Shown piece after piece: positions 1 to 12,300 of a DNA stretch of 64,000 nucleotides (position 1 is the first letter of the stretch; each line of letters starts with the position of its first letter). Source of the stretch: Flectonema sp. DT1601 (taxonomy: Eukaryota). The stretch is taken from positions 620,001 to 684,000 of the forward strand of contig OZ025796.1 in NCBI GenBank assembly GCA_964019425.1, in the 5' to 3' direction. The notes beneath the pieces are model-generated. The model was not told the origin of the DNA. It made no database searches and was given only the letters and a program-made list of their open reading frames with translations. A program made the position numbers and the translations under genes.

Positions 1-130
1 GAATAAGGTTTATCGAGTAACCTGTCAAACCATGCTGTTGTAACTATTATGCTGATTAATTAATTATATTTTTACGTAACTCTTGCTGCACATTAGACTA
101 ATCTAGCTCAGTCTTATGTTTCTCTATTGT

Positions 131-251
131 ATTCCTTTCTATTTATGAACGAACCTTTTGGGGTCAACTTACCCCGCTCATTAACAGGATATCGAGTGAA
201 CAGAGAATTAACCCTCTCTGAATCACAACGTATCCAGTATCAAAAAAAAAA
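131..251 (+). repeat. 3' end of an unidentified poly(A)-tailed retroposed element (second copy at 19703-19835)
   Basis: ~110 bp nearly identical to 19703-19812; both copies end in ...ATCCAGTATC followed by poly(A). Confidence 0.7.
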
Positions 252-1035
252 TATATCAGTCATTCCTTTTTTTTGCGAACAAAAAACACCATTTTCTCAC
301 CGCCTGAGCAAGGTTACACGATATGTTACTTTTGCTCGATTTTTTATTTTTTGGAATCAGGGAGGGTGCGATCTGTAAAATTAGGCATAGGGATATACTT
401 TTAAACATGGTAAGTGCTGCTAAAAAGAGATAAACGTCTCTTTGCAAGATTTCCTTGGTACTACTCAATGATAAATATTAATCCCAGACCTGGAATGGAA
501 AGATCGAGAAAATCTGAGTAAAAAACACCCCTAAATTTTTTTTTTTACTATTTTTTTTTCCTTCTCCCGCACTAAGGAGATATGCACCTTTTTGCTAACT
601 AATCAACCCTAGTAGCAATTATGTAAGGAAAATGTTGCATCTATATAAAGAAAGTGTTTTCATTAAGTATCAAAGTAGGTCCAAAAAGACAGGTAGTAAC
701 AATCTGCCTCACCGGCACATGCTGAGTACTCTTTAATATATTTTTGCTCGATTGTTTTTTCTCTGGATCCCGCTGGGCCAGCAGTGTAAAATTAGACTTC
801 GATTAATTTTTTAGTTTTGGTACTTGTCCACGGCTGAGCTGATTTAGTAAACCACAAAATCTCTTTTCTCAATTCGGGAGACAAGTATGTGATGCCAATC
901 CCGATTTCGGACGGAAATGAACCCAACGATGCAGCGCATTAAAATGCCGCTTCGATCGAAATTTTTACATTTTTTTTTTGAAAAATCTTTTCAGTGTCCA
1001 GAATTTGTTCGCAAAAAAAAGGAATGACTGATATA
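252..1035. mobile_element. Non-autonomous TIR element (MITE), Tc1/mariner-like TA target
   Basis: Perfect 32-bp inverted repeat TATATCAGTCATTCCTTTTTTTTGCGAACAAA (252-283 vs 1004-1035), including flanking TA; no transposase ORF inside. Confidence 0.8.
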
Positions 1036-1047
1036 ACAAAAAAAAGC

Positions 1048-1134
1048 TTTTTATTTATTTAGTCACATCCTCCTGTCTTTCCACTTTATTTTTCTTCATT
1101 CTGAGCATTCTTGCCCTTCTTATTTTTTGATATA
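1048..1134 (-). repeat. 5'-truncated LINE-B 3' tail
   Basis: Reverse complement of the LINE-B 3' end (~23475-23568), flanked by the direct repeat AAAAGCTTTTT. Confidence 0.75.
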
Positions 1135-1305
1135 AAAGCTTTTTTTATTTAATCACAACCCGAAGGGCTGGAGGCCTGCGAAGTTGCGGACTGGAGGCGG
1201 CCCTACAGGCAATGATTGTGTCCGAGTGTGAGGTCCGGAAGCCGCTAAATAGTTCTCCCGACGCTGGACAGTTTTCTTTAGCATTTAAGCATTTTTCGAC
1301 TTGAA

Positions 1306-1450
1306 TTTCCTCGAGCAACTACTAAGACAATTCAACCTCTCATGGCAACGATCAGCAGTACCCAGGTGCTGGAAAAGTGGAATGGTAATCCCCATGGTAA
1401 AGACAAGAAACAAGTCTTATCGTACAACCTCGACCGTCTCCAAACGTTGG
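1306..1450 (+). pseudogene. Fragment of LINE-A reverse transcriptase
   Basis: FLEQLLRQFNLSWQRSAVPRCWKSGMVIP matches ~10975-11140, with small deletions. Confidence 0.85.
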
Positions 1451-1451
1451 G

Positions 1452-2806
1452 CGGTTGTGATTCTACAATTGCAACAATTGTCCTTTATGGAAAGAAGCAA
1501 CAACCGTGTGCTCCCAGTTGTGTGAGGACTTCAAGAAGTCGCTGATCTGCGCTATTGAATACTTGCGAATCGCCATCGAATTTATATAAATCTTTATAAA
1601 TCTGTCGCCCGAGGGCAGTGCGGGTTTGATTGCCGCGTTGAGCTTGATGCTCACTCTGATATTACAATCAGGGTGAACTCGGAGTCCAAGACAGCTTTTG
1701 AATCTGCACATGTAGAACTTTCCTTTAAATTCATCAACTACGGAAGTCTTGGACTTCGCTGCCAGGAAGCCAAGGTCGTTTTTGAATTGTAAAGTTGGCC
1801 AACATCACTTCCGTTTGACCGACTCGGGTTTCTGATAAAGACATTCTTGGGTTTGTCAGTTTTAGGTTCGCTGTTGTTGTCCAGAACCTCGTGTACTTGG
1901 TTTCTGGGGACTCTGATTGCCATTGAGGTGTGGGACTCGTTCTTCCTGTAGCTAAAGGGGTCCGCCTTATCTTCAATTTTTTAAGAATATCGGTCGTTTT
2001 GACTGTCAATTCTTTCTCAGCCAGTCTTGGATAAATAGAACTGGGTCGGGTGTTGGTATCTGGTGGTTAGGTGCTGCTTTTGAAAAATCCTCACCAAAGA
2101 CGTGCGTGTAAAGTACTCGCCTGATCTCGCAGACGCCACCTTTTTTGATCACCGGTATTGCTACTGGAACCGTGCCCTTTGTGAGCGGATTTTGCTGATA
2201 GCAGCCCATCGGCCGCTCTTCTTCGTTTGACGAAGCGTTTCTGAGTCTTGTTTTGAACGGACCAGAACAAGACCAGATATCAAATTGTTTGTAGCATTAG
2301 CTGCTACGTCGTAACTGATGGTGGCCACAGTGCCTGCCCATGCACCGTGAATGTGCCACTTCGGGTAGCTTGCTTTTGCTTTCCCCTTCGTGGTTTGGTT
2401 ATCCGCCCTCATTGCTGTTGGTATTGGCAATGAGAACGGCTTCGTACCCGTTAGTTGATCAGAAGCTGTAGATGCTCCTGTAGTTGGTTGGTTGACACCG
2501 TGGTTGGGCGCTTCTGCTGCCGTCGTCGCGGTCGCTTCCGTCCCACCACTCCCATCGGTCTCCTCCTCTTCATCTCCGGGTTCCCACCTTCTGACCCAGC
2601 CACAAATTGAACGATCTCTATCAGGAGATTTGCCACCCTTCTTTCCTTCTCTTGCTCCGGGATCCCGTCATCTCCCACCATCTTCAGGAGGTTTATAGCC
2701 TCCGACACCAACCTCTTCAGGTTGTCTCTCATAATTGCTTTTCCTGTGAAACGTACCCACTAATTCTTACCAATATTTGGTTGCAAAATCAATAAAGAAC
2801 AGAACT
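1452..2806 (-). pseudogene. Degenerate LINE-C 5' part (SL remnant plus frameshifted ORF1)
   Basis: Minus-strand peptides MRDNLKRLVSEA..., ASYPKWHIHGAWAG..., MAIRVPRNQVH... and CRFKSCLGLRVHPDC are collinear with the two halves of LINE-C ORF1 (28479-29272 and 56165-57020). The copy begins with TTCTGTTCTTTATTG (SL 3' end, 1 mismatch). Confidence 0.85.
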
Positions 2807-2821
2807 TTTTTTATTATTAAC

Positions 2822-3650
2822 TTTTCTTTTAGTTACACTCGTCTGTTTTACCAGTTCGCGGTTGCGGTCCCATTTCCCAGTTAACAGTGAGAATCTAAGA
2901 TGGTGATACCTCGCTGAGTCCAGCGCCGGAACACGGCAGGTCGTTAGTAAGTGTACTTGCGTTGAAAAGTCTCCATTGCAAAAGGGACATCTAATTTGTT
3001 TACGCCAGTCGCTAGGCAGCGGTAACCGGATCGGAGGGTGGCGATTCTTTCTTCGTCAAGTCTAGGCATCTGGAAGGATACTTGGCAATGCGCCCCTACT
3101 GGGGATTGCCATTTTTTCGGATAAGTTCAAAGAGTGAAGTTCTGATTTGTTTTTCAATCTGTTTTTTGAAAGGTAGCATGTCAGCTTCCCACATTAGAAT
3201 CCCTGAAGGGGTACATTGACTGCAGCCAGTTACAATCCTCGCTATTTTTCTCACCTCTTTGTCAATGCTGTCGATGTCGCTCTGTCCTATTCGAAATCCG
3301 AATCCTTCTATCGCATACGCTATCCTCGAGGTTACGTATGCATTGTACACCAGGTGTAATGTTTTATAATCCAGGTCGTCAGATTGCAGGCAACGCAGAA
3401 GAGAAAATCCTTTCTGCAACTTACCATGAATCTTCTCGATCTGCCTTTTTGAACTTAAGATAGTTGTCAATAAAGATACCAAGGTATTTCACTGAGTCGA
3501 CTGTTGGTAGTAAGAACGCCGTTTTGACGCTTGCCCTTGCAGTTGGATGCGCTTTGTCCTGAATGAGAGATCCGCATATCGCCATCGTAAACTCCTCAAG
3601 CGTTTTAACCTGTTCGCCTTCCACTTCTAAAATAGTTTCTCCCCGTGATT
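2822..3650 (-). pseudogene. Degenerate, internally deleted LINE-C 3' part (RT C-terminus, Zn finger, tail)
   Basis: KTAFLLPTVDSVKYLG, WEADMLPFKKQIEKQ and CPFC..QVHLL..GKWDRNREL align with ORF 57171-60926; ends GACGAGTGTAAC like the LINE-C tail. Confidence 0.85.
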
Positions 3651-4060
3651 AAAGTTGGTCTCTTCAGTTTGGTGAAGAGCTTTTTTTATTTATTAGCTTT
3701 TTTCTAATTTATTTAATCACATCTCCCCCTGTTCAAGTTGCTTTCCATTTAATATTAGTATCAAGTTATCCTCTGTAGGAAGTACTAAACATCGAACATA
3801 GGGGAAGTACCAAGTCGGAGCTTATTATTAAGGTTCGAATTAAAAGCAAAAAATTGGTTCCCTTTTCTTCCCGCTCAACTCGGAAGGTACATGCGAGAGA
3901 AAATATAACCTGTTCGCCACAGGAAGAAAAACCAATTCAAAGCAGAAGAACAAAGTTTTGAGACAACAGACCGAAAGCTTTCATTGTAAAGTAATATTAT
4001 CCTTAGATTAAGCCACTATCAAACTACTATTTTTTGCAGGTAGATAGATGTAGAGTTACC

Positions 4061-5365
4061 ATGGGGTGTTTTAGAAGGCTGAAGGGTGTTATAAAGAATG
4101 TGCTGTATGGTAACCTCGATCGAATTAGTTTAGATACAGACAGCAATTATTCAGAGCCCAGATCATTACGGCAACAACTGCTGGATGCGGAATCCGTCGA
4201 GACAATGGACATGTTTGAAGAAGAAGAAGCAGAAGATCTAGCATGTATTTCAACTATACTATGCGCTGTGATTGTGTGTGATTCTATTATTCACAAAGAC
4301 AGGAGATTGCTACAGCTAAAGGTATTACACGAGGCCTTAAAGGTCAGCCACGAAGAGCGACGGCAAGAGCTCAGCATTGTAAAGCAGGAACTGACTCAAA
4401 CACTTTCTCAGAATAATGATATCTTGCAGTTCCTTGTTGGTAAGGCAGAGGAAGAGGCGGGACTTCCTGTCATTAATGACGGGAATATGCAAGAGCGAAT
4501 GCGAAGAGTTAACCGCTGTCTGCAGACTAGCAAAGAGAAAGAAACTGCTTCTCGGTTTGGGTCTCCGAAGTCTGAAGCACCCCCACCTCCGGAATATACA
4601 AATTACGCTCATGATAAGCTACGAGGTCCCAATCGACAAACCTACAACCTTCCTCATGAAAAAATGCCTTCAACAACTGCCAAACCGAAATTTGCAACTT
4701 TTCGCGAATTGAGTCCTGATCAGCTTAAACCTGACGGAAAAGGTTATATAATGCCTTTTTATAATCAGCCCAGGCTTAATCATGTTGGTGTTCGCCCAGC
4801 CAAGGGAACATCTCGCCAATCAGTTAAGTTTAAAAATACTAACAAGTATCCTATAATTATAAAACATTCAACATGGGATGTCTATGGTGGGAATATGACG
4901 GAGCAGAACTGGCAGTCTAATAAGATGAATGCAATGGATTTACTGATGGGGAAAAACGATGATTTCATATGTAGCTGGTTGCCGGGTAGAAGGCTGAGGA
5001 TGGAAATTGATGGTGAACAACCGTTACCTGTACTACTACAAGTTGCACAAGATAATGATTATTCAGTTTGGGACACTGATGGTCACTTGTTAACAGTTAC
5101 TGAAATAGATTCTGAAGAGGAAGACATCGAGATTGGAACGACTACTATCACACTAAAACTAATCGACAAATCAACAACTTTCACAGAACTCGCGAGACAC
5201 TTAAAAGAAGCTTCTTGGCCTGCTGCTTCCGTTATACCATCAGCACCGCACACATACGACGTGGTTTTCAGGGAACCAGTGCCCTCGGCTGGTGATTTGA
5301 AGGCTTTGGGATCTGTGCGAGGGTTCATCGTGTTGAACAAGTCGATATCTGACAAGTTATATTAG
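4061..5365 (+). CDS. Host hypothetical protein (~434 aa, N-terminal coiled-coil)
   Basis: Long ORF; ATG at 4061 lies downstream of a pyrimidine tract plus CAG acceptor (~4029-4039). No recognisable family motif. Confidence 0.65.
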   Translation: MGCFRRLKGVIKNVLYGNLDRISLDTDSNYSEPRSLRQQLLDAESVETMDMFEEEEAEDLACISTILCAVIVCDSIIHKDRRLLQLKVLHEALKVSHEERRQELSIVKQELTQTLSQNNDILQFLVGKAEEEAGLPVINDGNMQERMRRVNRCLQTSKEKETASRFGSPKSEAPPPPEYTNYAHDKLRGPNRQTYNLPHEKMPSTTAKPKFATFRELSPDQLKPDGKGYIMPFYNQPRLNHVGVRPAKGTSRQSVKFKNTNKYPIIIKHSTWDVYGGNMTEQNWQSNKMNAMDLLMGKNDDFICSWLPGRRLRMEIDGEQPLPVLLQVAQDNDYSVWDTDGHLLTVTEIDSEEEDIEIGTTTITLKLIDKSTTFTELARHLKEASWPAASVIPSAPHTYDVVFREPVPSAGDLKALGSVRGFIVLNKSISDKLY

Positions 5366-7101
5366 ATTTCTTCAAAGGGGTCTTATCGTCCCATCCGTTA
5401 GGGAGCTTAAATGCTCCTCTTAGATTGTTATTATTGTGTAAAAATAAATCTTAGCTGTTTGTTCTTGTTTTCTTGTAATTATTTTTGTCCTTTCAAAGAA
5501 CAATAATCCATTAAGGACGGCGGTAAAAACTTGTTTTTGGTTCTTTTTAGGAAAACAGAGGCACTAAAGACTAAAATAAGCCCAGTTTTGTGGTCTTACA
5601 TATTCTTGGTTTTGCCCCTTTCGCGCCGCTAACCTGACAACATTCCTTGGGAGGTATGCAGACCTTTCCCTTATCCGAAAAAAAATTGTTCCAAAAATTG
5701 GTGGGTAACTTTATACATTCTCTGCAAATGATAATATTATATATTCTCGTGTCTTACAGTATTAAGTTGTAACTTCTTTGCAGGCAACAAGCCCCCTTTT
5801 ACGTTACACAATATGGGTCATGATGCCTTACACTTCCGCCACGGTTGGGAGAAGCCAAAGTTTCTTTCGAAGGGAAAGGTTAACGCAACGATGCCTCAGG
5901 ATCCCACTGGATTTCAGAATACTTTCACGGCCTTCAGTTCCTTATTCTCAGCCCCACTGACGCTCTTTTCCATTCCTGTTACGACTGGCAGGGTATGTCA
6001 TTATTTTGGGATCTGAGCAAGGAGGCAAAATTCCATTGTTGTTTTTGAAAAAAAAAACAGGGTATCATACGAGAACATGGGAATCCAGCAGCAGTTCGAA
6101 CTATTCACAACCACCATCGATCATCTAAGATGAAAATATCAAAATTTGTTGTTTGACACTTTTGGAACAGCAATTCCGAACGAAAAGGAAATTGCAGGTG
6201 ATGCAAGCAAGAAATGCATAAATGTCCACACGACCGTCTCATTAGCTGAATGCCTCAGCACTGTTTTCCTTCGAGACCTGCCATGTAGCAGATAACTTTC
6301 ATTTCGGCCTGAGAGTAATTTTCCCTTTTTTTTAATTCTGTACAGTACCAAGTAAACATGGCTGCAGACTCTCTTTTTACCTGTTAGTTATGTTTGTAGA
6401 ATATAAATATTCAATCTTCGGCTACTGCCTATTAACTCCCCGACAGTGAGCACTTCACAGCTAAGATGTCATACTCGGTACTGGGTGTGAATCACAAGGT
6501 ATGATTCTGATCTGAGCCTTTCCTTTACAAAGGCTTCTTAATGGAAATAAAACAGTTTTGTTATGGATTACCTGCCTGTCCAGACGCCGGAACCCCGCGG
6601 GGGCATAAATTTGATACCTTTACATGTCGACCTGTATCGTGCGCTGAAAGGGCTGGCAACAGAGGAGTTGTCAGGGTCGCGACGGCTTATAAGGCCTGTT
6701 ATACAAATGATCCAAACTGCAAGGGGGATTCTACTTTTATAAACGGCGTACTGTGAATCCTTTCAATAGGAGACGGAAGAAAGATGCAATGTTACACGGC
6801 CTAAGTGGTGGCAGTCTTGAGTTCCGTACTCAACAGCCTTTCTTGAAGATGCTTTGGACACGCAGCCTAATTGTAGCTGTCTGTAGCATTTAAAAGGGAC
6901 TTCGCGGACCAGTTCTCGGAGCCGCTTCGAGAGCTTGCTCTTTGCTTAATTACACATATTTCTTTGCAAGTTTGTCATGATTTGTTATTTATATTAGTTT
7001 TCAGTTAACCCGCAAACTTCATGGTTTGAATAAGTGCGTCAGAAATTTTCAAGCTGCCTGTATTTTTTCAAAGAAATCAAAATTTCACTCTCCTGACAGA
7101 T

Positions 7102-8626
7102 ATGTTGAGGTCAGTTTTGGCAGATGAGGCTCGTGAGATTCAAAACCTTGTTGAAGACATCCATAATAAATTAATATCGAGGCAGCCTCGAGATATGAGG
7201 TTGAGAAGTAATCCGATCAGTTTAATGGAACGGACAAGAGATTTGGCAAAAAGACATGAATTGCTCTTCGGAGACAGGGGAGGATCGCTATTTAACAACA
7301 GGGAATCAACTCCCCAAAGGCGAGTGCCAATCAGTGAGGGGTCGCAGATCGTAAGAATCTCCCCCTCAGTATTTAAACACAAGAAGCTTTCGGTGCACCG
7401 AAAGCACCCTCCTCAAGAATCACCAACGAAACTATTCACAGTTGGGTCGACACTGCGCCAGGCTGCAACTCCCACAACCCCTTTAAGGTACGCTCCAAAA
7501 TTGTACGAAAAAAGAATAGTATCTCCGCAGCTGAAACAGTTCCTAGAGCCTGCGACGGGACCCTCACTTGTTGAAAGCTCAATGCAGTCTGCAGTTGTTG
7601 CTGAGGTGTCAATTGTGCAAAACATGAAACTGTCTGATTCGGCTGCGGAGAAAGAGAAATTACCACCCGTTGTTCTAAATGATAATACCACATCTACCGA
7701 GAGCAGAGCAGCACCAGAAGAAATTGCAGCTGTTGATAAAACGCCGGAGGTGCTGCAAATGATGAAAACCAGCGCTGTTGAGAACCCTAAACAGCCTATT
7801 GCTCTGCCAATCAGCCCTCCAGGGGAATCTTCCTCCCTTGTAGTATCACCTGCAAAAGATTTCGGTAAAAACATAACGACGTCAGAAGAAGACGGAAAGC
7901 CCAAGACAGAATTGCGTGATGAAACTGAAATCCTAGCAACAGAAGAGTCGTCCCTATTTGTAGAAACCTTCGCCTCTGCATCAACTGAGGATTTGAGCAC
8001 AGATGCAGTGAAAAAGCTTCCTCGTCCTCTCTCCATCATATCTTCTGAACAGCTGAAAATACAGAAAAAAAACCCGTCTCCCATTGATTCACCTGCCTCA
8101 CCAGTTGCCGTTACAGACTGGGAAGCTGAGGCACAGCGACTTATCGCTGCTGGTAAATATAAGGCTAGAACTGACAAAAGTACAGGTCGCGTGTACTACG
8201 TGGATAGAACAACTAAAAAAACCTGCTGGAACTTGGCTTCTAAGTTGGCTGAACAAGCCGGTGAGAAGAAGAAAAAACCTCACAGCAAGGACTCGAAAAT
8301 AAGCAAGTCTTCCCAGCAACCCTTTGCCACAATGCGCACTGACATTACCGAAAGTGATGTCCAAGAAGAAGTAGCACGCCTCCTTGCTGATGGCATTTGG
8401 GTCAAGAAGGTATGCTTAACTCATTTGTGCAATAAAATAAACTGGCATAACACCATAACAGAACACTGAAGAGCCCCTATTTCTGAATAAATGTGACCAA
8501 AGAAGAGAGATTGGAATGTTAACTTGGAAAATTGAAGCAGGTATGTTTTGCTCTAAAATCATTGATGTCCAAACGATAAAAAAAACAGTTGTCCTGGAAA
8601 TGTTGCGAGAGCAACCAATGAAGTAG
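7102..8626 (+). CDS. Host WW-like-domain, low-complexity protein; 3 exons (7102-8409, 8462-8540, 8589-8626)
   Basis: WW-like YKARTDKSTGRVYYVDRTTKKTCW. Introns GTATGC..CAG (8410-8461) and GTATGT..CAG (8541-8588) keep the frame open to TAG at 8624-8626. Confidence 0.7.
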
Positions 8627-8901
8627 CCACTTCTGTATTTGTAATATTTTATTCAGGAATCGATAATGTTCTACACAATCTAATTTCTTTACAGGCAAGT
8701 ATCAAGAAAGCCATGGCGATAACCTTTCTCCAAGCTGAGTTCCCAAGGCTCAGCTATAGTCCATCACTTGCCGCTCTATGGTATGTTGATGCCATAGAGC
8801 GGTGAGGACTTCCAACAACTCGACAAAGGCCATAAACAACGGCAACCATGTAAAAGTTTATACCTCAGGCATGCCATCCCATTCTGCAAAGATTAAAAAA
8901 A

Positions 8902-8973
8902 TGCGCTCACCGGGAGTCGAACCCGGGCCGCTCGCTTGGAAGGCGAGAATACTAACCGTTATACCATGAGCGC
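8902..8973 (-). tRNA. tRNA-Gly(TCC)
   Basis: Cloverleaf GCGCTCA...TGAGCGCA, anticodon arm CTCGC-CT-TCC-AA-GCGAG, T-loop GGTTCGACTCC, T-run terminator. Confidence 0.95.
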
Positions 8974-8986
8974 TTATAAAAGATTC

Positions 8987-9270
8987 TTTTTTTTTTTTTT
9001 TTTTTTTTTTTTTGGGAACCTTCCTAGCCGTACTTTCAACCCCTGCTAAGTGAGTCGCCTTTCTCTACCCTTTCTGTTGGTAGGTGAGTGAAGGTGTGTA
9101 CTTGGAAGGCGAGCAAGCTCTCAAAGTCCGGGGCCCGACCGTTTGCCTTAGTGTCATTAGACTGGATTTTTTGCAGGGATCCTACCCTGAAAGTTGTCTA
9201 TGGCCGGACTCGAACCTGGGTCGACACATTACCCAGGGAGCGTCCTACCATTAGACTACTTTCACCCCTT
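8987..9270 (-). mobile_element. tRNA-derived SINE-like element with poly(A) tail
   Basis: Minus-strand A box TAGTCTAATGG and B box GGTTCGAGTCC, no intact cloverleaf; long poly(A) (poly-T on + strand, 8987-9013). Confidence 0.6.
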
Positions 9271-9271
9271 C

Positions 9272-9332
9272 TTTTTTTTTCTTTGGTTGCACTCGTCTGT
9301 GCTTCCAGACTCTTTGTTTTTGTTCTTTTCAC
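9272..9332 (-). repeat. LINE-C 3' tail fragment
   Basis: Reverse complement of ~61354-61410 (GAAAAGAACAAAAACAAAGAGTCTGGAAGCACAGACGAGTG). Confidence 0.8.
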
Positions 9333-12300
9333 AGAACATCGTACGCAGCCGCGGTCAAGAGGTCACTCCCGACAACGAAGAAACCAACGGCCGAAGTTCA
9401 GGTTGTAGAAAACAACGTGAACAGCCTGAGAGAGAAAACGAACGAGACAATCGAACGTCTTCAGAAAGAAGTGAAGGACATGCAAGTTCGACTTGATGAA
9501 GGCATGGCACAGATAACCGGGATTGTAGAAACCCTGGTGCAAACTACGAAAAAGAACGAAGCAGCCAACAACAACATGGCGACAGCCATCACTTCGCTAA
9601 TAGAAGCTGTCAAGAGGATTGAGAACAATCTTGGTATGAACAAGATTACTACAAGTGCGACCAACAGGAACAACACTGGCCAATCATGATTGTGATTTGG
9701 TCAAATAACATTCGCTCAGTTCTGAAACCAGAAAATTACTTTCGATTGAACTGGGCACTGAAAGAAGAAAAGCCTGAAGTAGTACTACTGCAGGAAACGT
9801 GGTTATCAAAAGAAAAACACTTCGCTATTGAAGGATATTCAATCCACAGGAGAGACAGCACCATCAAGTCAGGTCATCGAGGACTCGTCACTCTGGTCAG
9901 AAATGATTTAAATAAGTTAATATTAAAACACCCCGACATCTCACATGACCAAACTGAGATATTAACAGTAGTACTTCAATCTAATCCGCCATTGACAATT
10001 CACAATGTTTACCACCCGCCTGAAATCAAGGCAACAACCTGGAAGTTTAAAACAGAGCCCGGCACATTGATTGCGGGTGACATTAATGGACACCATTCAA
10101 CTTGGTCAAATGGTAATACGAACATTACTGGTAACAGCTTCTACGATTGGTCACTAGAAGCAACAATTAAAATTCTAAATAAACCTCAACAACACACAAG
10201 ACCACAGAGCTCAGCTTCTCCGGATGTAATTGCATTAGATATTTCAATAGATGCACAAATCGAACTCATGAAGGGATGGGGCAGCGATCACCTGCCACTC
10301 AAACTGACAATCGAAGATATCAAAACAGATGAATATTCAAAAGAGAGTTCTGGGACATGGAAATGGAAGTGGCATTGTGCCGATTGGAATTATTATAAAA
10401 TATTGTTGGAAAGGGCAGCGCCCAAATTAGAAAGAATTAAGAATGTGCAGAAACTTGCTAATAGGATCAACAACGAGATTCTGAGAGCAGCGAGTAGGGC
10501 CATCCCAGGCTACAACAAAAAGTCAAGTAGTACCTTCGCTGTGAGGGATTCAGAATTGGAAGATTTAATGGCAGAGACTGACCCTGATAAGACAGACTCA
10601 GAAGCAATTGAAAGAGGTATCAACATGATCAAACAGAAGATCATTGAGTGCGACATGACTGGAATGGACTACCGATGGGCCTTTAGAAAAGTTAAACAAC
10701 TGGAAGGTAGAATGATGGACCATTCAATTACTAAGATTGTCGACGGTGAGAAGGAATTAACCGACTCGCGGGAGATGGCAGATGTCTTCACCAAAACATA
10801 CGCAGACCAATTCAAATTCGAAGACGGTGAACCAACCTTGCAAGGAATACCTGATGACAACTCGGTGGAATTTGGAATGCCTGAACTGGAACGACAAATT
10901 TCAAAAACAAAGGAGAAGAAGGCACCTGGACCTGACCACATCTGGAACTCGATGTTAAAACAACTTCCAAAAGCTTTCCTCGAGCAACTACTAAGACTAT
11001 TCAACCTCTCATGGCAACGATCAGCAGTACCCAGGTGCTGGAAAAGTGGAATGGTAATACCCATACTGAAACCTGATAAAGACAAGAAACAAGTCTTATC
11101 GTACAGACCGATAGCACTAACCTCGGCCGTCTCGAAACTCTTTGAAAGAATGGTCGTAGAACGGATGCACCACCTGTTGAAAGACAGAATGAATCCGAGG
11201 CAAGCAGCCTACAAACGAGGACGGGATTCCATTGAAAATCTCTGTATAGTTACAGACAAACTCAAAAGTGCCAAGGCAATGGGAGAAGAAGCGATATTAA
11301 TCACCTTCGACCTACAAAAAGCCTTCGATGCAGTTCAACCGGCAACTCTTCTAAATAAGATGTCCAAAATAGGACTACCAACGAAATATCTACGGTGGGT
11401 TCAAAACTACTTGACTAGTAGGAAGATTTCAACAAGGGTGAATGGAGTGAAGGGAGCATTCCGGAACATTCGAGTAGGAGTACCACAAGGAAGCGTGCTG
11501 GGACCCCAGTTATTCTCTATCTTCATAAATGATTTGATAGATAAACTAGAGATGTACGAACCGACTGTCTTTGCAGATGATGTTGGAATAGTAATAACCG
11601 CGGGCACTGTCAGCTGTTTAGAAAACAAGGTTAACAACGCAGTCAAAATATTTGAAAGGTGGGCACTTGACTCACACATCAAAATCAATAAGAACCCTGG
11701 CAAGACGGAATACATTCACGTGAGGCCAAGAGGAACACATGACAAGTCCCCAGTAGTAGTATACTCTGAAGAACACACATTTAAATATGTGGTGGCCACG
11801 GCAGAACAAATGAGTAACCTTGTGAAGGATGATAACTCAACAACTGTAGCTTCAAAAGAAGAATTCGCCATCACTCACCTGTATGTCGTTCCAAAACATA
11901 AGATCAAAGTCAAGCTACCGAACAAACCGGCGGTACTGAAAACAATGAAGATGAGTGCCCGCTTCCCACAACTGAAGAAAGTCCACAACAAGGCAGAAAT
12001 AGATAAGATGCTGGAAAGAGTGGGACCCGGATTACACGGATTTGCCTATGCGGTTGGACGAAAAGTTCACAAGACGAATACCGTGCGGTATCTAGGCGTA
12101 CATTATGACGAGAAGTTAACCTTTAAGTCGCAAATTCAAAAGATGATGACAGCTGCTTCCAAGGGTCTAGGCTTGTTGGTTAGACTCACCAGGATAGGCT
12201 GCAGAAAGAGGACACTCATCAGTATACTGGTGACGGTGGTGTTAGCAAGGGTGCTTTATGGTGTTGAAAGCTTTGCTTGGATGCTACCAAAAGAGTGCTT

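Noticed and set aside
5778..6900. Possible spliced host gene (CAG acceptor at 5783, GTATGT donor at 5993)
   Set aside because: The spliced frame stops near 6156 and no motif is recognisable, so no product can be supported.
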